Shown in pieces: positions 25,101-40,100 of a stretch of 64,000 nt of DNA. The notes under the pieces were generated by a model. That model had not been told where the DNA came from, did not search any database, and saw only the letters and a program-made list of their open reading frames with translations. Both the position numbers and the translations under genes were made by a program. The stretch's first letter is position 1; every line of letters begins with the position of its first letter. The stretch covers positions 512,001-576,000 of the forward strand of contig OY843768.1 in the NCBI GenBank assembly GCA_963693095.2, read 5' to 3'. Source of the stretch: Cenarchaeum sp. (GTDB taxonomy: Archaea > Thermoproteota > Nitrososphaeria > Nitrososphaerales > Nitrosopumilaceae).

Positions 25101-28100
25101 CGCCGGTATCCGCGCCAATCTTTGGGCTCACGATTGGCGACGTGGTGAACAACGCTGGCCAGGCGACGCCGGTGATCGGCAGCACGATGGTTGCGGCGGG
25201 CTCGGAGTTTAGGACACTCTCGTTTGCGCACCCGTATCTCGAGACGGGGGCATCGCACACGCTGGCGTACACAAAGCCCACGGGCCTTGCGGCGGGCCAG
25301 TCCGCACTCGCCGATGAGTCAGGCAACGACCTGGCATCCACGGTCCCACCGCACGCAAAGTCCGCTGACATTATCGCGCCGTACTATTTTGCCAACACGC
25401 GCACGCCACAGGTCACGAACATACTGTTCACAGAGGGCATCGGCGGAACCGCGCGCGCCGCCGACTGGACGGTCACCGATGAAGATGACGGCGATGCTGC
25501 CACGGACGAGGAGAGGCGGGTCCTCTCCGTGCGCCCTGGCAGGCACATGTCCGCCGAGGATGCCGCAGACAGGCGCACGTCTAGCACGGTGCCCCCTGGC
25601 TCCACGTTCATCACACTAACGCACGAGCCGCTCTCCTTGACGTCCTCGACGCCGTCGATCCGCTACACGCTTCCAACCGGCAGCGCGCTGGACTCTGCGC
25701 TGGCCGACGCAGCAGGCCTGCGCCTCGGGACGCCCTCGTTCGTGGATGCCACTGCGGCAGTGGAGTCAGTGGACCTAATGAGCCCGTCGATCGCCGCGGT
25801 GAGCTTTACTGACAGGTCAGAGGGCGACTATACGGTGTCATTGATCACGTTTACCGAGCAGCTGGCCAGCGTGCATCCCATCGGTGTCACGCTAACGCCT
25901 GTCGATCCGCAGGGTTCAGTCATCACTGGCCAGTCTGACGCCCAGTCCACCACCCTTGTCCCCACCGGCACCTATATGCTCGTCAACTGGCCATCGATCA
26001 TCGCCGAGGGGAGATACAACCTTGGGTTTACCACCACCCTGTCTGACATGAGGGCACCTGCCAACGCGTACGTGGCTGACCCCCTGCCAGTTGCGCGTGA
26101 CACGACGGCACCAACGTTCAGTGCGCGCACGGCGAGCACAAGCTCGGTCACCGTAACGTTCAGCGAGACCGTGTCAGGATCCACTGCTGCGTCCATGTGG
26201 TTCGTCGACACCGTGAGGGCATCGACTGTCACAGTGGGCACTGACGCGCCGTCCTCAGGCGCACTCGACGTTGACTCGATCACGTCGATCACGCTTGGCC
26301 TGGCCAATCCGCTCTCGGGCCCGGACGCGACACCGCAGGTCTCCTATGTCAAGCCGTCATCAGGAGGCCTGGCCGACGACCAGCCGTTCGTCGTCTCGCT
26401 CAACTCGCTTGAGAGCGACTCCGTGACGGCCGTTGACGGCATTGCGCCGGTGATAGCCTCGGCGTCGGCTGCCTCGGCGACATCCGTGACAGTCATGCTC
26501 AGCGAGGGCGTCACCGGCGCCACTGCGCCCGGCGAGTGGCGCGTCGGCACGGCGACGCCCGAGTCAGTCACGATAGCCGGCGTGACGCAGACTGGCGTGC
26601 TCACAGTCGCCGCGGCGGCCGACTCGCTCACGCTCAACCTGCGCTCCGCCGACTCCCTGGCGCCCGGCGCGACGCCGTCAGTGTCGTATGTGGCGCCAAC
26701 GGGACCGGGGGCAACGGTCCTGACTGATGGGGTAAGCCCGCTGTCCGGCACGCCGGTGACGGCCATCGACGCCACTGCGCCGAGGATAGCCTCGGCGGCT
26801 ACTGCCACCGTGACGTCCGTGACAGTCATGCTCAGCGAGGGCGTCACCGGCGCCACTGCGCCCGGCGAGTGGCGCGTCGGCACGGCGACTCCCGAGTCAG
26901 TCACGATAGCCGGCGTGACGCAGACTGGCGCGCTCACAGTCACAGTCGCGACTGACTCGCTCACGCTCAACCTGCGCTCCGCCGACACCCTGGCGCCCGG
27001 CGCGACGCCGTCAGTGTCGTATGTGGCGCCAACGGGGCAGGGCGCAACGGCACTGACTGACGGGACGAGCGCGCTGTCCGGCACGCCAGTCATCGCCACT
27101 GACGGCATTGCGCCGGCGATAGCCTCGGCGGCGACTGTTACCGTGAAGTCCGTGGCAGTCACGCTCACCGAGGGCGTCACCGGCGCCACTGCGCGCGGCG
27201 AGTGGCGCGTCGGCACGGCGGTCCCAGAGTCAGTCACGATAGCCGGCGTGACGCAGACTGGCGCGCTCACAGTCACAGTCGCGACTGACTCGCTCACGCT
27301 CACCCTGGACGCCGATGACGCCCTCACAACTGGGGCGACGCCGTCAGTGTCGTATGTGGCGCCGACGGGGCAGGGGGCAACTGCCCTGACTGACGGGGTA
27401 AACCCGCTCTCCGGCACGCCGGTCAGCGCAACTGACGGCATTGCGCCAACGGCGAGCGCCGCATTTGGCAGCCCGACTGCGATCGTCGTGACGTTCAGCG
27501 AGGCGCTTGCCGGCACGGCAAGTGCCATATCGGGCTACACGTATGCCGTCAAGGTTCCGGACGGCTCGACGGGGATTGCTGATGCTGATGCGGATCCGGA
27601 CGACGTCGCGCTGGCATCTACGAACGGCGCATCGTATGACGTGGCCTCAAGAACGCTCACGCTCAACCTCGCAGGTGGCGCAACGCGGGGCGTAGAGTAC
27701 ACGGTGACGCTTCCCGACGAGGATGGCCTCGACGATTCGGCCGGCGTGGAGCTTGCCTCAAGGGAGCTGCGCACGACGTACGCGCTCGTGCGCTCGATAT
27801 CCGGCGGCGAGGTGGACAATGTCACGCATGCCGGCACTCCCGCAGCGTCGCTGACAACTGCAAGCTTTTTGGGCTCGGGCCTGACTGATGCCGAGTTTGG
27901 CGCGCTCTCGGCTGAGGCGCGCACACGCCTGGCGTCTGGCACGTCGCAGGTATCGCGCGCGTCATTTGACGCGCCGTTTGGTCCGGAGGCGCCGACTCCC
28001 TCCTCGGTGGACCTCACAGAGTGGACAGTCATAGAGGGCGGGGCCGATGCCGTGTCTGACTCGTGCGCCAGGGTCGACTCGCGCGGCACGGACAGGGATG

Positions 28101-31100
28101 TCCTCTCGATAGTGGCAGTTAGGGACACCCACATGCTCTTGGAGCACGAGTCCCTCACGTACACGTCCTCGCGCGCGCACGTGATATACGCGCCAGACTC
28201 CAGCCCGTCAGTGGTGGCCGCCGCAGGCTGCGCATACATGGTCGACGGCAACGCGCATGTGGGCCTTGGGGCGGTGACGGCGTCATCCTCGGCGGCCGGA
28301 TACCCAGCAGACCGCATAGTCGCCACGTTCAGCGAGCCTGTGGGGCACGTGGCATCAGACGCCGGCGCGTCGGGGGCGAGCAGCGGAATGACGATCACGT
28401 GGAGGGACGCTGATGACACTGCTGACCGCCTGCTCACGGTGGGCGGCTCGGGGCTTGCGAGTGACGGCTCGACGTCTACTGTGACAGTCGTCGTGCCGGG
28501 CGCCTCGCCCCTGGATGACATTGCCGCCGCAGGCTCCACGACGGCGGCCCACTGGACGACGTATGCGCTTGGCATCAGGGCAGACCTCAGCCTTGGCGGC
28601 GTTGTGGACACCGCCGGCGCCATGATCCCGCGTGCCGGCACGACCATACTTTCCGGAGTCGCCGACGCGCTCGCGCCGGCGCCGACGACGCGCACGATAT
28701 CTGGCACGACAGTGACGCAGGCGTTCAGCGAGGATATCACGACAGACGCTGACGACTTTGCTGACGGGACGGCCACGATCACAGTCACGGCGCCAGACGC
28801 GACGTCGCGCAGCGTCACGTCAGTCACAAAGCCCACTGCGAGCACGCTGAGCTTTGTGCTGGATCCGCCAGTCGGCGAGCGTGACGTTGTGGAATACTCG
28901 GGCATAAGCGATGCGGCCGGCAACGTGTCAGTAAAGCCTGCCGTCACGGGAGTGAGAAAGGTGAGCTCGACGACGACGCTAGTAACGCTCAACACGCCAG
29001 TCTCGGGCTCGACTGACGCGTCACAGTGGTTTGTCACGGGAAGTGCCGCCGGAGAGGTGCGCGCCCGCGCCGCCGGAGTAGCCGCCGGCGAGGCCTCCAC
29101 AGTCACGGCAGACGCGGCCGGCAATGCTGCCGTAACTGCCACCATTGAGGACACGTTCACCATCCTGCACTCTGCACTGGCAGACTCGTCTGTCCCGTCA
29201 GTAGAGTACGTGCAGGCCGGCACGCGGCGCGTTGGGGCCTCTGGCCTCCTCCTCGGCTCGCCGATGCCGGTTCCGATGGTGCCAACGGTGGCCGGCGCGA
29301 TGACGACTAGCGCCACGACCACGGTTGTGACGTTGAGCGAGCCGGTCACGGGAATGACGACTGCCATGCAGTGGTTTGTCACGGGAAGCGCCACCGGCGA
29401 GGCGCGCGCCCGCGCCGCCGGAGTCGCCTCTGGCGTCTCCACGTCAGTGGCAGCCGACGCGACCGGCACGACTGCCGTGGCCGTGTCCTCCGGCAGCCTC
29501 ACAATCCTCCATGGCGCGCTGCAGGCCGGCTCAAAGCCCGTCATAGAGTACGTGCAGGCCGGCGCCGAGATGCTCTCCACGATCGCCGGTGCGCTGCAGG
29601 CCACCGCGTCGCCGCACGTGACGGCCACCGACGGCGTGGCGCCGACCATACTGTCTGCCGAGTTTACCGGCACCTCGACTATCACCGTGACGCTAAGCGA
29701 GCGCCTTGCCGGGACCGCCCAGTCGATCGAGGCCCTGCAGTACGTCGTCACGGCGCCAGACGGGACGGGTGCCCCAGATGCTGACACCGACGATGACACC
29801 ATACCGCCGCATCCGACCATCGGCCCGTCATACGCCGAGCAGGATGACACCTCGACGATTGTGCTGAGGCTGGCCTCTGATGGAGTCGACGGCGTGACGT
29901 ACAAGGTGACGCTTCCGGCGACCCTTGAGGACGAGTCGCAGAACGCCCTCGTCGGCCTGGAGCGCTCGGCGACACGTGACGCGTCGCCACCGCTGGCGAC
30001 TGCAATATCCTTTGAGGTGTACGGCAACGTGCTTGACGCGACGACGCTAAAGTCCGGCGCCTCGGCGCTCTATGCGATGGCCGGCGACACGATCAGGATG
30101 AGCCTCACGCTCGATGAGGTCCACAACGCCTCGCCGCCAACCATTACGATACCCGGCGCCGGCGTCACGGGAGCCGCAATGGGCACCGCCGGCGACAGTG
30201 ACGCAAGGACGTGGCGCCATGATCTCACAGTCATGTCCTCGACTGCCGAGACGACAGATGCCTCGCCGTTCTCCTTTACGGTCTCGGTGCGCGATACGGC
30301 GCTGGCGCCCAACTCTGGCACGATAACTGCGCGCGATGGCCACTCGGGCGTGCTCGACGTGGCACTGCCCACAGTCGACAGGACCGCCCCAACGTTCACC
30401 GCAACGCCATACGTCAACGGAACCGGCGTAATGGTCCTGTTTGACGAGCCCGTCTCAGGAGCCGTCCTCCCATCACAGTGGGAGGTAAAGAGCCAGGCAG
30501 CAGAGGCCTTGCACCCGTCGTTCATCGACACGGATAGAATTACCTCTGTTGACACAGCCGAGGTGCTGGCAGTGCAACTCCTAGCATCAGTTGGCTTTAT
30601 CGACAACCAGCTGGGCGCACTAGTCGTGTTTACGCCGGCATCGCCTCCAACGCTGGCTGACAGGGCCGGCAACACGCTGGGCGAGACGAGGACCAACACG
30701 ATTGCGTTTGACACGACCCCGCCAACGTTCACGGCAGTGACGACGACTACGACTACGACGACAGTCACGTTCAGCGAGCCTGTCCTGGGTCCGGCCACTG
30801 CCAGCCACTGGACAGTGGGCGGAGTGCAGCCCACGTCGGCTGCCCCCTCACCGATTGACAGGAATGTCTCCATCGAGCTCACGCACGCCGACGTTTCAGC
30901 ACCGTTCACGCCGACGATAGGGTACACAAAGCCCACGACTAACGCGGATCTGATAGTCGATGATCTTGGCAATCAGCTAGAGACACAGTCAAGGGCCGCG
31001 GCTGCCGGCTCGGCGGTCCAGGCCGCCTTTACGGCACGAACCGTCGGCCTCGAGACGACGCGCGTGACGTTTGGCTCGGCGCTCGAGGGCACAGTCGACG

Positions 31101-34100
31101 TGGGCAACTGGTCGGTTCGCGATGACGGGGGGATGACGCGCGTGATATCGAGCATCGCGCTAGGGGATGCTGACGGCGCGCCGGTGGCAACGCCGGCTGA
31201 AGGCGCCACACCGGCGAGCGCGCACACCATAGCCGACGCGTCGACTGAGACGGTTCTTGTCATCACGCACGCATCGCTCTCCTCGACTACCTCGACGCCA
31301 GAGATCTCGTATGTCCGGCCGGCATCTGCCCCGACTGGAGGCCTGCTCTCGGAGGCCGGCACCCCGGTGGCCTCTGGCACCGACGAGTCAGATGACGCGA
31401 TACGGCCGACGTTTACGGCAAGGACGCTGACTGGCGGGTCGTCTGCGCTCACGTTTGGCGAGCGTGTCCACGGGACACTCGACGTTGCGCACTGGAGAAT
31501 AACGACTGTCGGCGGCTGGGATGGCACGGTGCTCGGGCCGTACACGCGCACCGCAACGAGCGTGTCGTATGTCAATACGCTGGGCACGACAGTCTCGGCC
31601 GTCGCCGGCACGCCCGTGACGATTGCCGAGGCCGACGCAACTGCGTCGCTGACCGTGGAATACTTTGCGGGCCACACATATGCGACCACGGCAATGATGC
31701 TCTACACGGCACCGACATCAGGCGCACTCGCCGACGCGCCAGACAATGCGCTGGCCTCGACGGCTGCCTCGCCAGTCGTCGCAGCCGACGGAGTCGCGCC
31801 CACCGTGGTGTCGGCCACATTCGCCGATCCGCTGACCGCAGGTGACCCCGTCACGCTCGTCTTGCGGTTTAGCGAGCCTGTCACGGTTCCGGGCTCGTGG
31901 CCCGCACATGCGCAGCTTGGCGTGCCGACTGTGACCAACCCCTCGCGTCCCATTGTACACCTGGCCTTCCCCAACACGGCAACTGCGGGGACCGCATACG
32001 AGATCGACGTGCCCAACGGCGTCACTGACAGGGCAGTGCCGCCAAACCCGATCACGCGTGACACAAAGGCCGGAGCCACGTACAACGCACTGCCACTCGG
32101 GCCGTTCTCGGCATCCACGGAGAGCGTGACAGTCACGCACGTCATGCTGCGGACTGCGGCGAGCGGAACCCTTGACGTGCGCCACTGGACGATAACTGAT
32201 GACGATGACGGCGATGCCTCGACGTCTGAGGCCCGCACGATATCGGGCATAGCACTTGGACTGGGCGATAACGCGCCGGTGGTCAGGAACGTCGATCTTG
32301 CCACGACGCCCTTGGAGCTCGTCACGCTCGCTGGCCAGCAGACGCACGTGGTGGGAGATGTCACCGAGACGACGCTCGTCATCACGCACGCGGCCCTGGA
32401 CTCGGCGGCATCGACGCCATCAGTGGCGTACACGCCGCCTGCGGATCCCGCAACCCCGTCCCTTGGTGGCGTGACCGCGCATGTGGCCGAGGCCGCCGAC
32501 GGCATCGCGCCGTCGTTCACCGCGGTGACTGCGGGCCTGACCGAGACGAGCGTCACGTTCAGCGAGGCCGTGGCCCTCCCGACCTCTGGCCTGGCAGCCG
32601 GCTGGGCAGTCGACGGCACCGCGGTGAGCCTGGCCGGCAGGCAGCCTGACGGGACCTTTACGCTCGTCCACGGGCCGCTGGCCTCCCCGGCGGCCACGCC
32701 GACAGTCTCGTACACGGGAACGGCGAGCCCAGTCGCAGACCTTGCGGGCAACGCACTGGCCGCCGCGGGGACGACTGTGAGCGCAGTGGCCTCGGACAGG
32801 ACGGGACCCTCGTTTGACGCGGCTGCACCGCCGCGATTCTCGGGCACCGACATTGTGATCACGTTTGATGAGGCGATAGTCGCGCTCGGCACGCCAACGC
32901 CGCCAGTCGCGCTCACAAACGCGCTGACGGGCTCGACGGTCCAGGCGACTCCGGTCATCTCGGGCAGGGTTCTCACGCTCGATGCGGGCACGAGCCCCGA
33001 TGAGGGCACATGGGGAGTCCTCGTGCCACCGACAATAGTGGACGCCGTGGGCAACGCGCGCACCATGTCGGCCAGCACTGCGGGCGTGACGTACCCCGAG
33101 GACACGTCGGCCCCCACACTGGCGTCTGCCAGGCTCGCCACGCCAACGTCGATCATCGTGACGTTCAGCGAGGCCGTGACGTTGAGGACCGACCTGGCAG
33201 AGCCTGCCGCCTCGTCGTGGAGCCTTAGTGGCGGCGGGGATCTCACCGCGAGGAGCATTCGTGACGGCAAGGTCGAGATCGCAAGCGACTCGCTCCTCCC
33301 GTCGCTCACTGGAGTTCCGGCCGGCACGATGCTCACTATAAACAGCGCAGGATCGATATCAGACCTCGCGCTTCCGCCAAACGCGCCCCTCGCGCCGGCG
33401 TCGATCGCGCTGGTCGATGGTGCTGCGCCAATAGCCCTCACGGCGGCCTTTAGCGGGCCGACTGTGCTTGACGTGACGCTCAGCGAGCCGGTGAGGACTG
33501 CTGGCACGTGGAGCATCACCGCGCCAGAGGGCAACCTTGTGGTCACCTCGGCCGTGGAGGGCTCGACGCCTAGCGTCGTGCGCCTTACGGTGTCAGGCGT
33601 GACTGACGGCGCGACATACACCGTTGGGGTTCCCACCGAGCTCGCCGACAGGGCCTCGCCGCCCAACACGTACATTCGGGCCTCGTCGGTAACAGTGACA
33701 TATACGGACACGCCGGCACAGTTCACGGCGGCGACGTCTAGCGTGCGCACGACAGTCGTCACGTTTGAGTCGGCCCTCGGAGGCGCGATCAACGTCAATG
33801 GGTGGGCAGTCACCGATGATGACGACTCGGATCCGGCGACAGGGGAGAACCGCATGATATCGAGCATCGCGCTGGGAACTGCAGGCAACGCGCCGAGGGC
33901 AACGCAGTCTGGCGCGCACACGATAGGCGGCACGTCGACTGTGACGACCCTTGTCATCACGCACGCGCCGCTCTCCAAGACTGACTCGACTCCACAGATC
34001 TCCTATGACGGATCCACGGGAGCGCTCACGGCCGGCGGGACGGCAGTCGCGCGCAGTGCCGCCGAGGCGACTGACGGGGCGCGGCCAGTCATCGACGTGG

Positions 34101-37100
34101 TTCACATAACGGGCCTGACCTCGATGGTCGTGCAGTTTAGCGAGCCCATGGTGGGCTCGACGAGAGCTGGCTCGTGGATTGTCGGCGACGAGGAGGATCC
34201 GAGCGGTGATAGTCTTAAGGATGTCAGGGAATTCTTGCTGCCTGATAGCGACCCCGTGCTGAGGCTCTCTATACCACCGTCATCCCCGTTGAGTGAGATT
34301 GCCCTTGTAACCAAGCAGCTCTCCTCCACGCAGATCGGCTACTATGAGGGCAAGCGTGACGTAGACTATGGCGCCACCCTAGAGTACACGGGCACTGCGC
34401 TGACTGACGTGGCCGGCAATGCGCTGCGGGTGGGCGCAGAGGAGCTAAAGGTGCCACGTGAGCGCATGCTCGACAGGGCTGCGCCTGAGGCAAACACCGT
34501 CAATCTTGACGTGAGCAGGGCGCGCCTTGCGGACGCAGACCCGACAGTGGGTTATGGCACACTGCTGGTAAAGGCCGGAGACACTGTGCTGGTGCGGCCG
34601 GAGATACTGTCATACACGCCAAATGGCCCAGATGCTCCGAATTGCCGTCTACCAGAGCCACAGTGCGCTGATCAGCCATACGCCATGGAGTCTGCGACGG
34701 TCAAATACTTTGCTACTGACACATCACGTCCACTCTCTTATGATGCTGATAACGACAACTGGACACACACGCTGACTGTGACCACGGACGTGCCGGAGGG
34801 CCGGCTAGTGCCAGTGTTTACGACGATTGACACTCCGGTGGGCAACGAGGTAACGTTCACGCAAGGCACCGACTGCACCAGGGACCTAAACGCGCGAGCT
34901 GCAGCGTGCGTCGAGGGGCACCCCGATGATGAAATTACGGAGAGCCGCTTTGCCGCACTGTGGCCAATAGTGGACCACGACCCCCCAACAGTCGTCTCGG
35001 CCACAATGACGTCGACGACTACGACAGTGGTGACATTCAGCGAGATAGTGAGGTTTAACGGCGGGACCGCCGCCGAGCGCGCAGGCCACTGGGCCATAAA
35101 GAATGCCGGTGCGCAGGCGGCGACAGGCTCTGTCTCCATATCGGGCAAAGTGATGACAATGTCGCACGCGCCGCTCCCGACTGGCGCAACGCCGACACTA
35201 GAGTACGCCCTGGGCACCTCTGCGGCCGGACGCGTGGTTGACAGGATCGCCCGCGAGCTTGCGGCAATCACGCCGCAGAGCCCCGTCATGGTCGCCGACA
35301 GCGTGCCGCCGACGCTCGTGTCCGTGCTTCAGCAGTTGCCGACGCGAACGATACACGCCACGTTCAGCGAGGCACTTGACGCCTCCACTGTCTCTGGCAC
35401 GACAGTCTACCTAGAGGCCGGTGACACGACGTCTACTGGCAGGACGACGCCCGTGGCCGGCGTCACCGTGGCCCCAGTCACCGGCTCGCCAGAGACAGTC
35501 GCACTCACGCTTCCGCTCGCCGCAGCTGACGCACAGTACACGCTCAGGGCCACTACGGATATTGGTGATGCCTCACCGGCATCCAACAGCCCCGCGGCTG
35601 ACCTCGTGGACACCGTGACAGTCGACACGATGGTTCCGCTCGCGACGGCGATCTCGTACACTGTCCTCGAGGCCGACTCGCAGGGGGCGCTCTCGGCGCG
35701 CGCAGCGCCGTACTCCAACCATGCGCGCGCCGGTGACACGATACGCCTCACAGTCACGCTCAACCAGGATGCTGTAGAGCCGCCGACGATCCTCCTCGAC
35801 GGCAAGACCGACGATCCTGGCACCACGGCCGATGACGCCAACACCGTGACAATGACGCGCGCAACAGCCGGAGACGAGACGCGCTGGACCGTCGACTATG
35901 TCGTGCTAGCCGGAGCCGGCGAGCCTGCCGACGGCCCGTTTGAGTTTATGATGAGCGTGTCAGACGGGGCAATGCCCACGCCAAACATGACAGTCGTGAC
36001 GGGCTCTGCGGGCCATGTGCCCTCATACGCCGCACCGTCACGGCCCATAATTGACAGGGCAGCGCCGACCCTCGTGTCCGCAAAGTCGACTACGACGTCT
36101 GATGTCGTGCTCACGTTCAACGAGGCGCTCACCGGAACGGTGAGCAGGGCCGACTTGAGCCTCTCTGGGGCAACGTCAGGCAACCCGGCAAAGATCATCA
36201 CGTCGTCAGGGGCAGAGGCTGACTCGTACACGCTCTCCGGGCTCCCGCTGTCATTCACGCTGCGCCACGACGAGCTTGGGCACACGGGAGGCGGGGTTCG
36301 TGTCGCCTATACGGCGTCGGCCACGCGCCTGTTTGACGTTGCGGGCAATGAGCTGGCGACGTTTAGCGCAACGCCTGCAGCCGACGAGGTGAGGCCGACT
36401 GTGCGCAACGCATCATTTGAGATCGGCGGCGGCGCAATACTCGCCACGTTCAGCGAGGCGATGGGGACACCGGCGGCCGGCTGGGTCGCGATAGACGCCG
36501 CACTCGGCACGCTCGGTGACATTACGCTTGATGATACGCGCACGAGGCTTCGCGCCGAGGTCGGCACGGCGGCGATGGCCAACACGAGATACGTCATCGC
36601 GATCACGACGTCTGCTGCAGATGACGCCGCTGTCCCCAACACCCTGGCAACAAGGGCGGTCTACTTTTTGGACGGCCCGCCTGTCAGCCTGGGCGTCACG
36701 TCGATGGACGTCAGGGTCCTGCGCGAGGCCTCGCCAAATGACGGCGTGGAGAACCTCGTGGCGCGCACGGGCGCGCACGCGCAGCACGCGATGGCCGGTG
36801 ACACAATAGAGATCAGCGTCGTGCTCGACACTGCGGCGCAGGCCGGAGACGACCATGCCCCGAGGGCATCGTTCCTTGGAGGCGTTGCCGTCGGCATGGA
36901 GGAGGTCACGTCAGGCAGCCCCGCGCCTGCGGCGCGCACGGCATGGACCGCCCGGCACACGGTAGCTGCGGCTGATGCCGAGGGGCCGGCGGCCTTTGAG
37001 GTGTCAGCGGTGCGCACTAGGTCCGTGACAAACCCGATTAGCGGCGATGCCGAGGATGTCATGACGACGGGCATTGCCACGCAGGAGGCCATCACGGGCG

Positions 37101-40100
37101 CGGCGGGCAACGCCATCATTGACACGACGGCTCCGGCCGTCGCCGGCGCGCGCTTTGCCGGCACGTCGGCGATACTCGTCGAGTTTGGCGAGCCGATCAC
37201 AGCAGCGCCGGCGACGGTTCGCGTGAGCTCGCCGGACGGCGATGACGCAGGCGATGACGCAGACGTCGCCGACGCGGCAGTCACGCACGTGCCGCCCTCG
37301 CGCTCCATCTCGCTGGCAGTCACGCAGGCCTCTGATGGCGACACCTACTCGGCCATGCTGCCGGCCACAATCCTCGACAGGGCCGGCAACGCGCTAGTCG
37401 CCGTCTCGCGCGACGTGACGTTTAGTGACGGCCCCTATGTGACTGGAGCGAGGACGCTGGACGCGACTAGGACGCTCGTCACGTTTAGCGAGGCAGTTGG
37501 CGGCACGGCCGTGCGCCTCGAGTGGACGCTCACTGAGGGCTCGACTAGGGTTGCGGTGGACGGCATCGCCGCCGGCGAGGCCGCATCGGTGGCGACTGCG
37601 ACGACGACGCAGATCACCGGCTCCCCGACGAGCATCACGCTACTTCATGACGCGCTCTCCTCGACGGCCGCAACGCCGACTGTAGAGTTTGTGCGCTCTG
37701 GCGGCGCCTCGATGACAGACGCCGCCGGCGCTGACCCGCTGCTCGGGACGTCTGCCCCGCTGCCCGTGGCAGTGGATGGCGCACCGCCGGCGATCCTGTC
37801 CGCCACGTTTGCCGACGTCAGCACGCTTGACATCTCGTTTAGCGAGCCCATAGACCGCACGCTCACGACGCCGTCGGAATGGACCGCTGACAACGGCCTC
37901 ACAGTTGACAGCGTAATGGACGGCATGGACTCGGCACGAGTTCGCCTTGAGGTCTCCCCTCCGGCAGCCTCGCTTGTGCCATACACGATCGGCCTGCCAG
38001 ACGAGCTGCGAGACCTGGCCATTGCGCCAAACTCTGTCGTTGAGGGCACCACTGCGACTGTGACGTACTCGGGCACCGCGCCGTTTGGGGCCACAACATC
38101 GGACACGACGACGACGCTAGTGACGTTTGCCTCGGCGCCGTCAGGCACCATAGACGTCGATGACTGGAAGGTCATCGATGATGACGGGACTGACAGGGTG
38201 ATATCCCGCATCGCGCTAGGAACCGCTGATGGCGCGCCGGCCGCAACCGGCGGGGACAGCGCGCAGGCCCACACGATCGCGCAGGGCTCAACAGCACTAG
38301 TGCTTGCCGTGTCGCACGAGTCCATACTGCCGTCCTCGACGCCCATAGTCGTGTATGTCGCGCCGGGCTCGGGAGGGCTGTCCGTGGGCACCACGCCGGT
38401 TGCCTCCGGGGGAGTCGAGGCGACTGACGGGATTGTGCCGGTGGCCGGCGCGACGTTTGGGATTCCGCCCACGATCAGGGTCGCCTTTAGCGAGATCCTC
38501 TCGGGGACGCCCTTGGAGATCGAGGGGTACGCGTACACCGTCACTGTTCCCGACGGCGCCACGGGCATCGTCGATGGCGACAGCCTGCCTGACGCCGTGG
38601 CCCTAAAGCAGGGCGCAGGAGCCGTCTCGTATGATGCTGACACGATGGTTCTCACCATAACGCTTGCGAGCACCGCGACAGTTGGCGTGGACTATACGGT
38701 GCGCCTGCCTGACGTCACGGGCCTGCGCGACATGGCCGGCAACGCGCTGGCCTCGCGCGAGCTCGAAGTCGCATACGTGATCACGCGCGCAATAGTGGGC
38801 GGGGCAATAGACAACGTCACGTACGACGGCACCGCCGCCGCGTCGCTGACGGTCCAGAGCCTCTCGGGCTCGGGCCTCACGCCCGCCGAGTTCGCCGCGC
38901 TCACCACCGCCGCGCGCGAGCGCCTCGCCTCAGGCGAGTCGCAGATATCTCGGGCCACGTTCGGCCTGCCCTTTGGCCTCGAGCGGCCCGCGGCCTCGTC
39001 AGTCGACGTCACCGAGTGGTCCGTCATCGAGGGCGCCGAGGGCGACGTGGACTCGTCGTGCGCCAGGGTCGCCGGCGCCGGCACCGAGCGCGACGTCCTC
39101 TCCGTCGTCGCCGTGCGCGACGACACGATCATCTTTGAGCACGGGGCGCTCTCGCAGACCTCCTCGCGCGCGCACGCAATCTACTCCCCCGACGCGGCCC
39201 CGTCGGTGCGCGCGCTGGCCAGCTGCGCGTACATGGCCGACGCCAACTCGCTCGTGCGCCTTGAGGTCCGGACCGCCTCGGCGACGCCGCTGGGCTACCC
39301 CGTCGACCGCCTCGTCGCCGAGTTCAGCGAGCCCGTGCTGGCGCCCGACGGGTTCAACCTGGGGCTGGGGATCAGGCACGCGCCGATCGCCGGGGTGCTT
39401 GGCATTCTCGACGTCGACAGGATGACGAATCTGTCGACGACCGTGCCGGTGGCCACCGTGCTCATCACGCCGGCCGAGTATGCGTTCAGGCTGGCGCCGC
39501 ACCCGCCGACGGGGACTGCGGCCACGTGGGACACGTACCAGTACGAGCTGTTCTCCCAGACGTCGTTCCGCGCCCCCACCAGGGCCGACGGGACGTCGGT
39601 GCTGGCCGGCCCGACCGCCCCCCAAGGCGGCGTGCTCGACGGCCTGCCGCCGGCCCCCGTCGGGGCGCACGCGGTGTCGGGCAGCACGGCCACAGTCACG
39701 TTCAGCGAGGCGCCCGCCGCGTCGTCCTTTGACGGCGCCGGCGATGACGACGCCGCCGTCACCGTGCTCGACTCGGCGAGGAACGCGCGCGAGGTCACCG
39801 GCACGTCCCTCTCCGGCAGCGTGCTGACGATAACGACGTCGACGCCGCCGCAGGCGACTGACACCATAGAGGTCGTCGGCGTGGCCGACGGGGCCGGCAA
39901 CGTGGCCTCCAGGCCGGAGATACTGGCGACCACAAGGGCAAGCGCGACGGTGACGGTAGTCACGCTCAGCGAGCGCGTCTCGGGCAGCACGGCGGCGCTC
40001 CAGTGGCTGGTGGGCACCGGCGCCGACCGCGCCCGCGCGACGGGAGTGGCCGCCGGCGAGGCCGCGTCAGTCACGGCCGACGCGGCGCAGGACGGCGGCA

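Noticed and set aside
30740-30763. ACG/ACT run encoding eight Thr as a phase-variable microsatellite
   Set aside because: The codons are mixed and in frame, and the run matches the normal Thr-rich strand preceding VTFSE in other modules.
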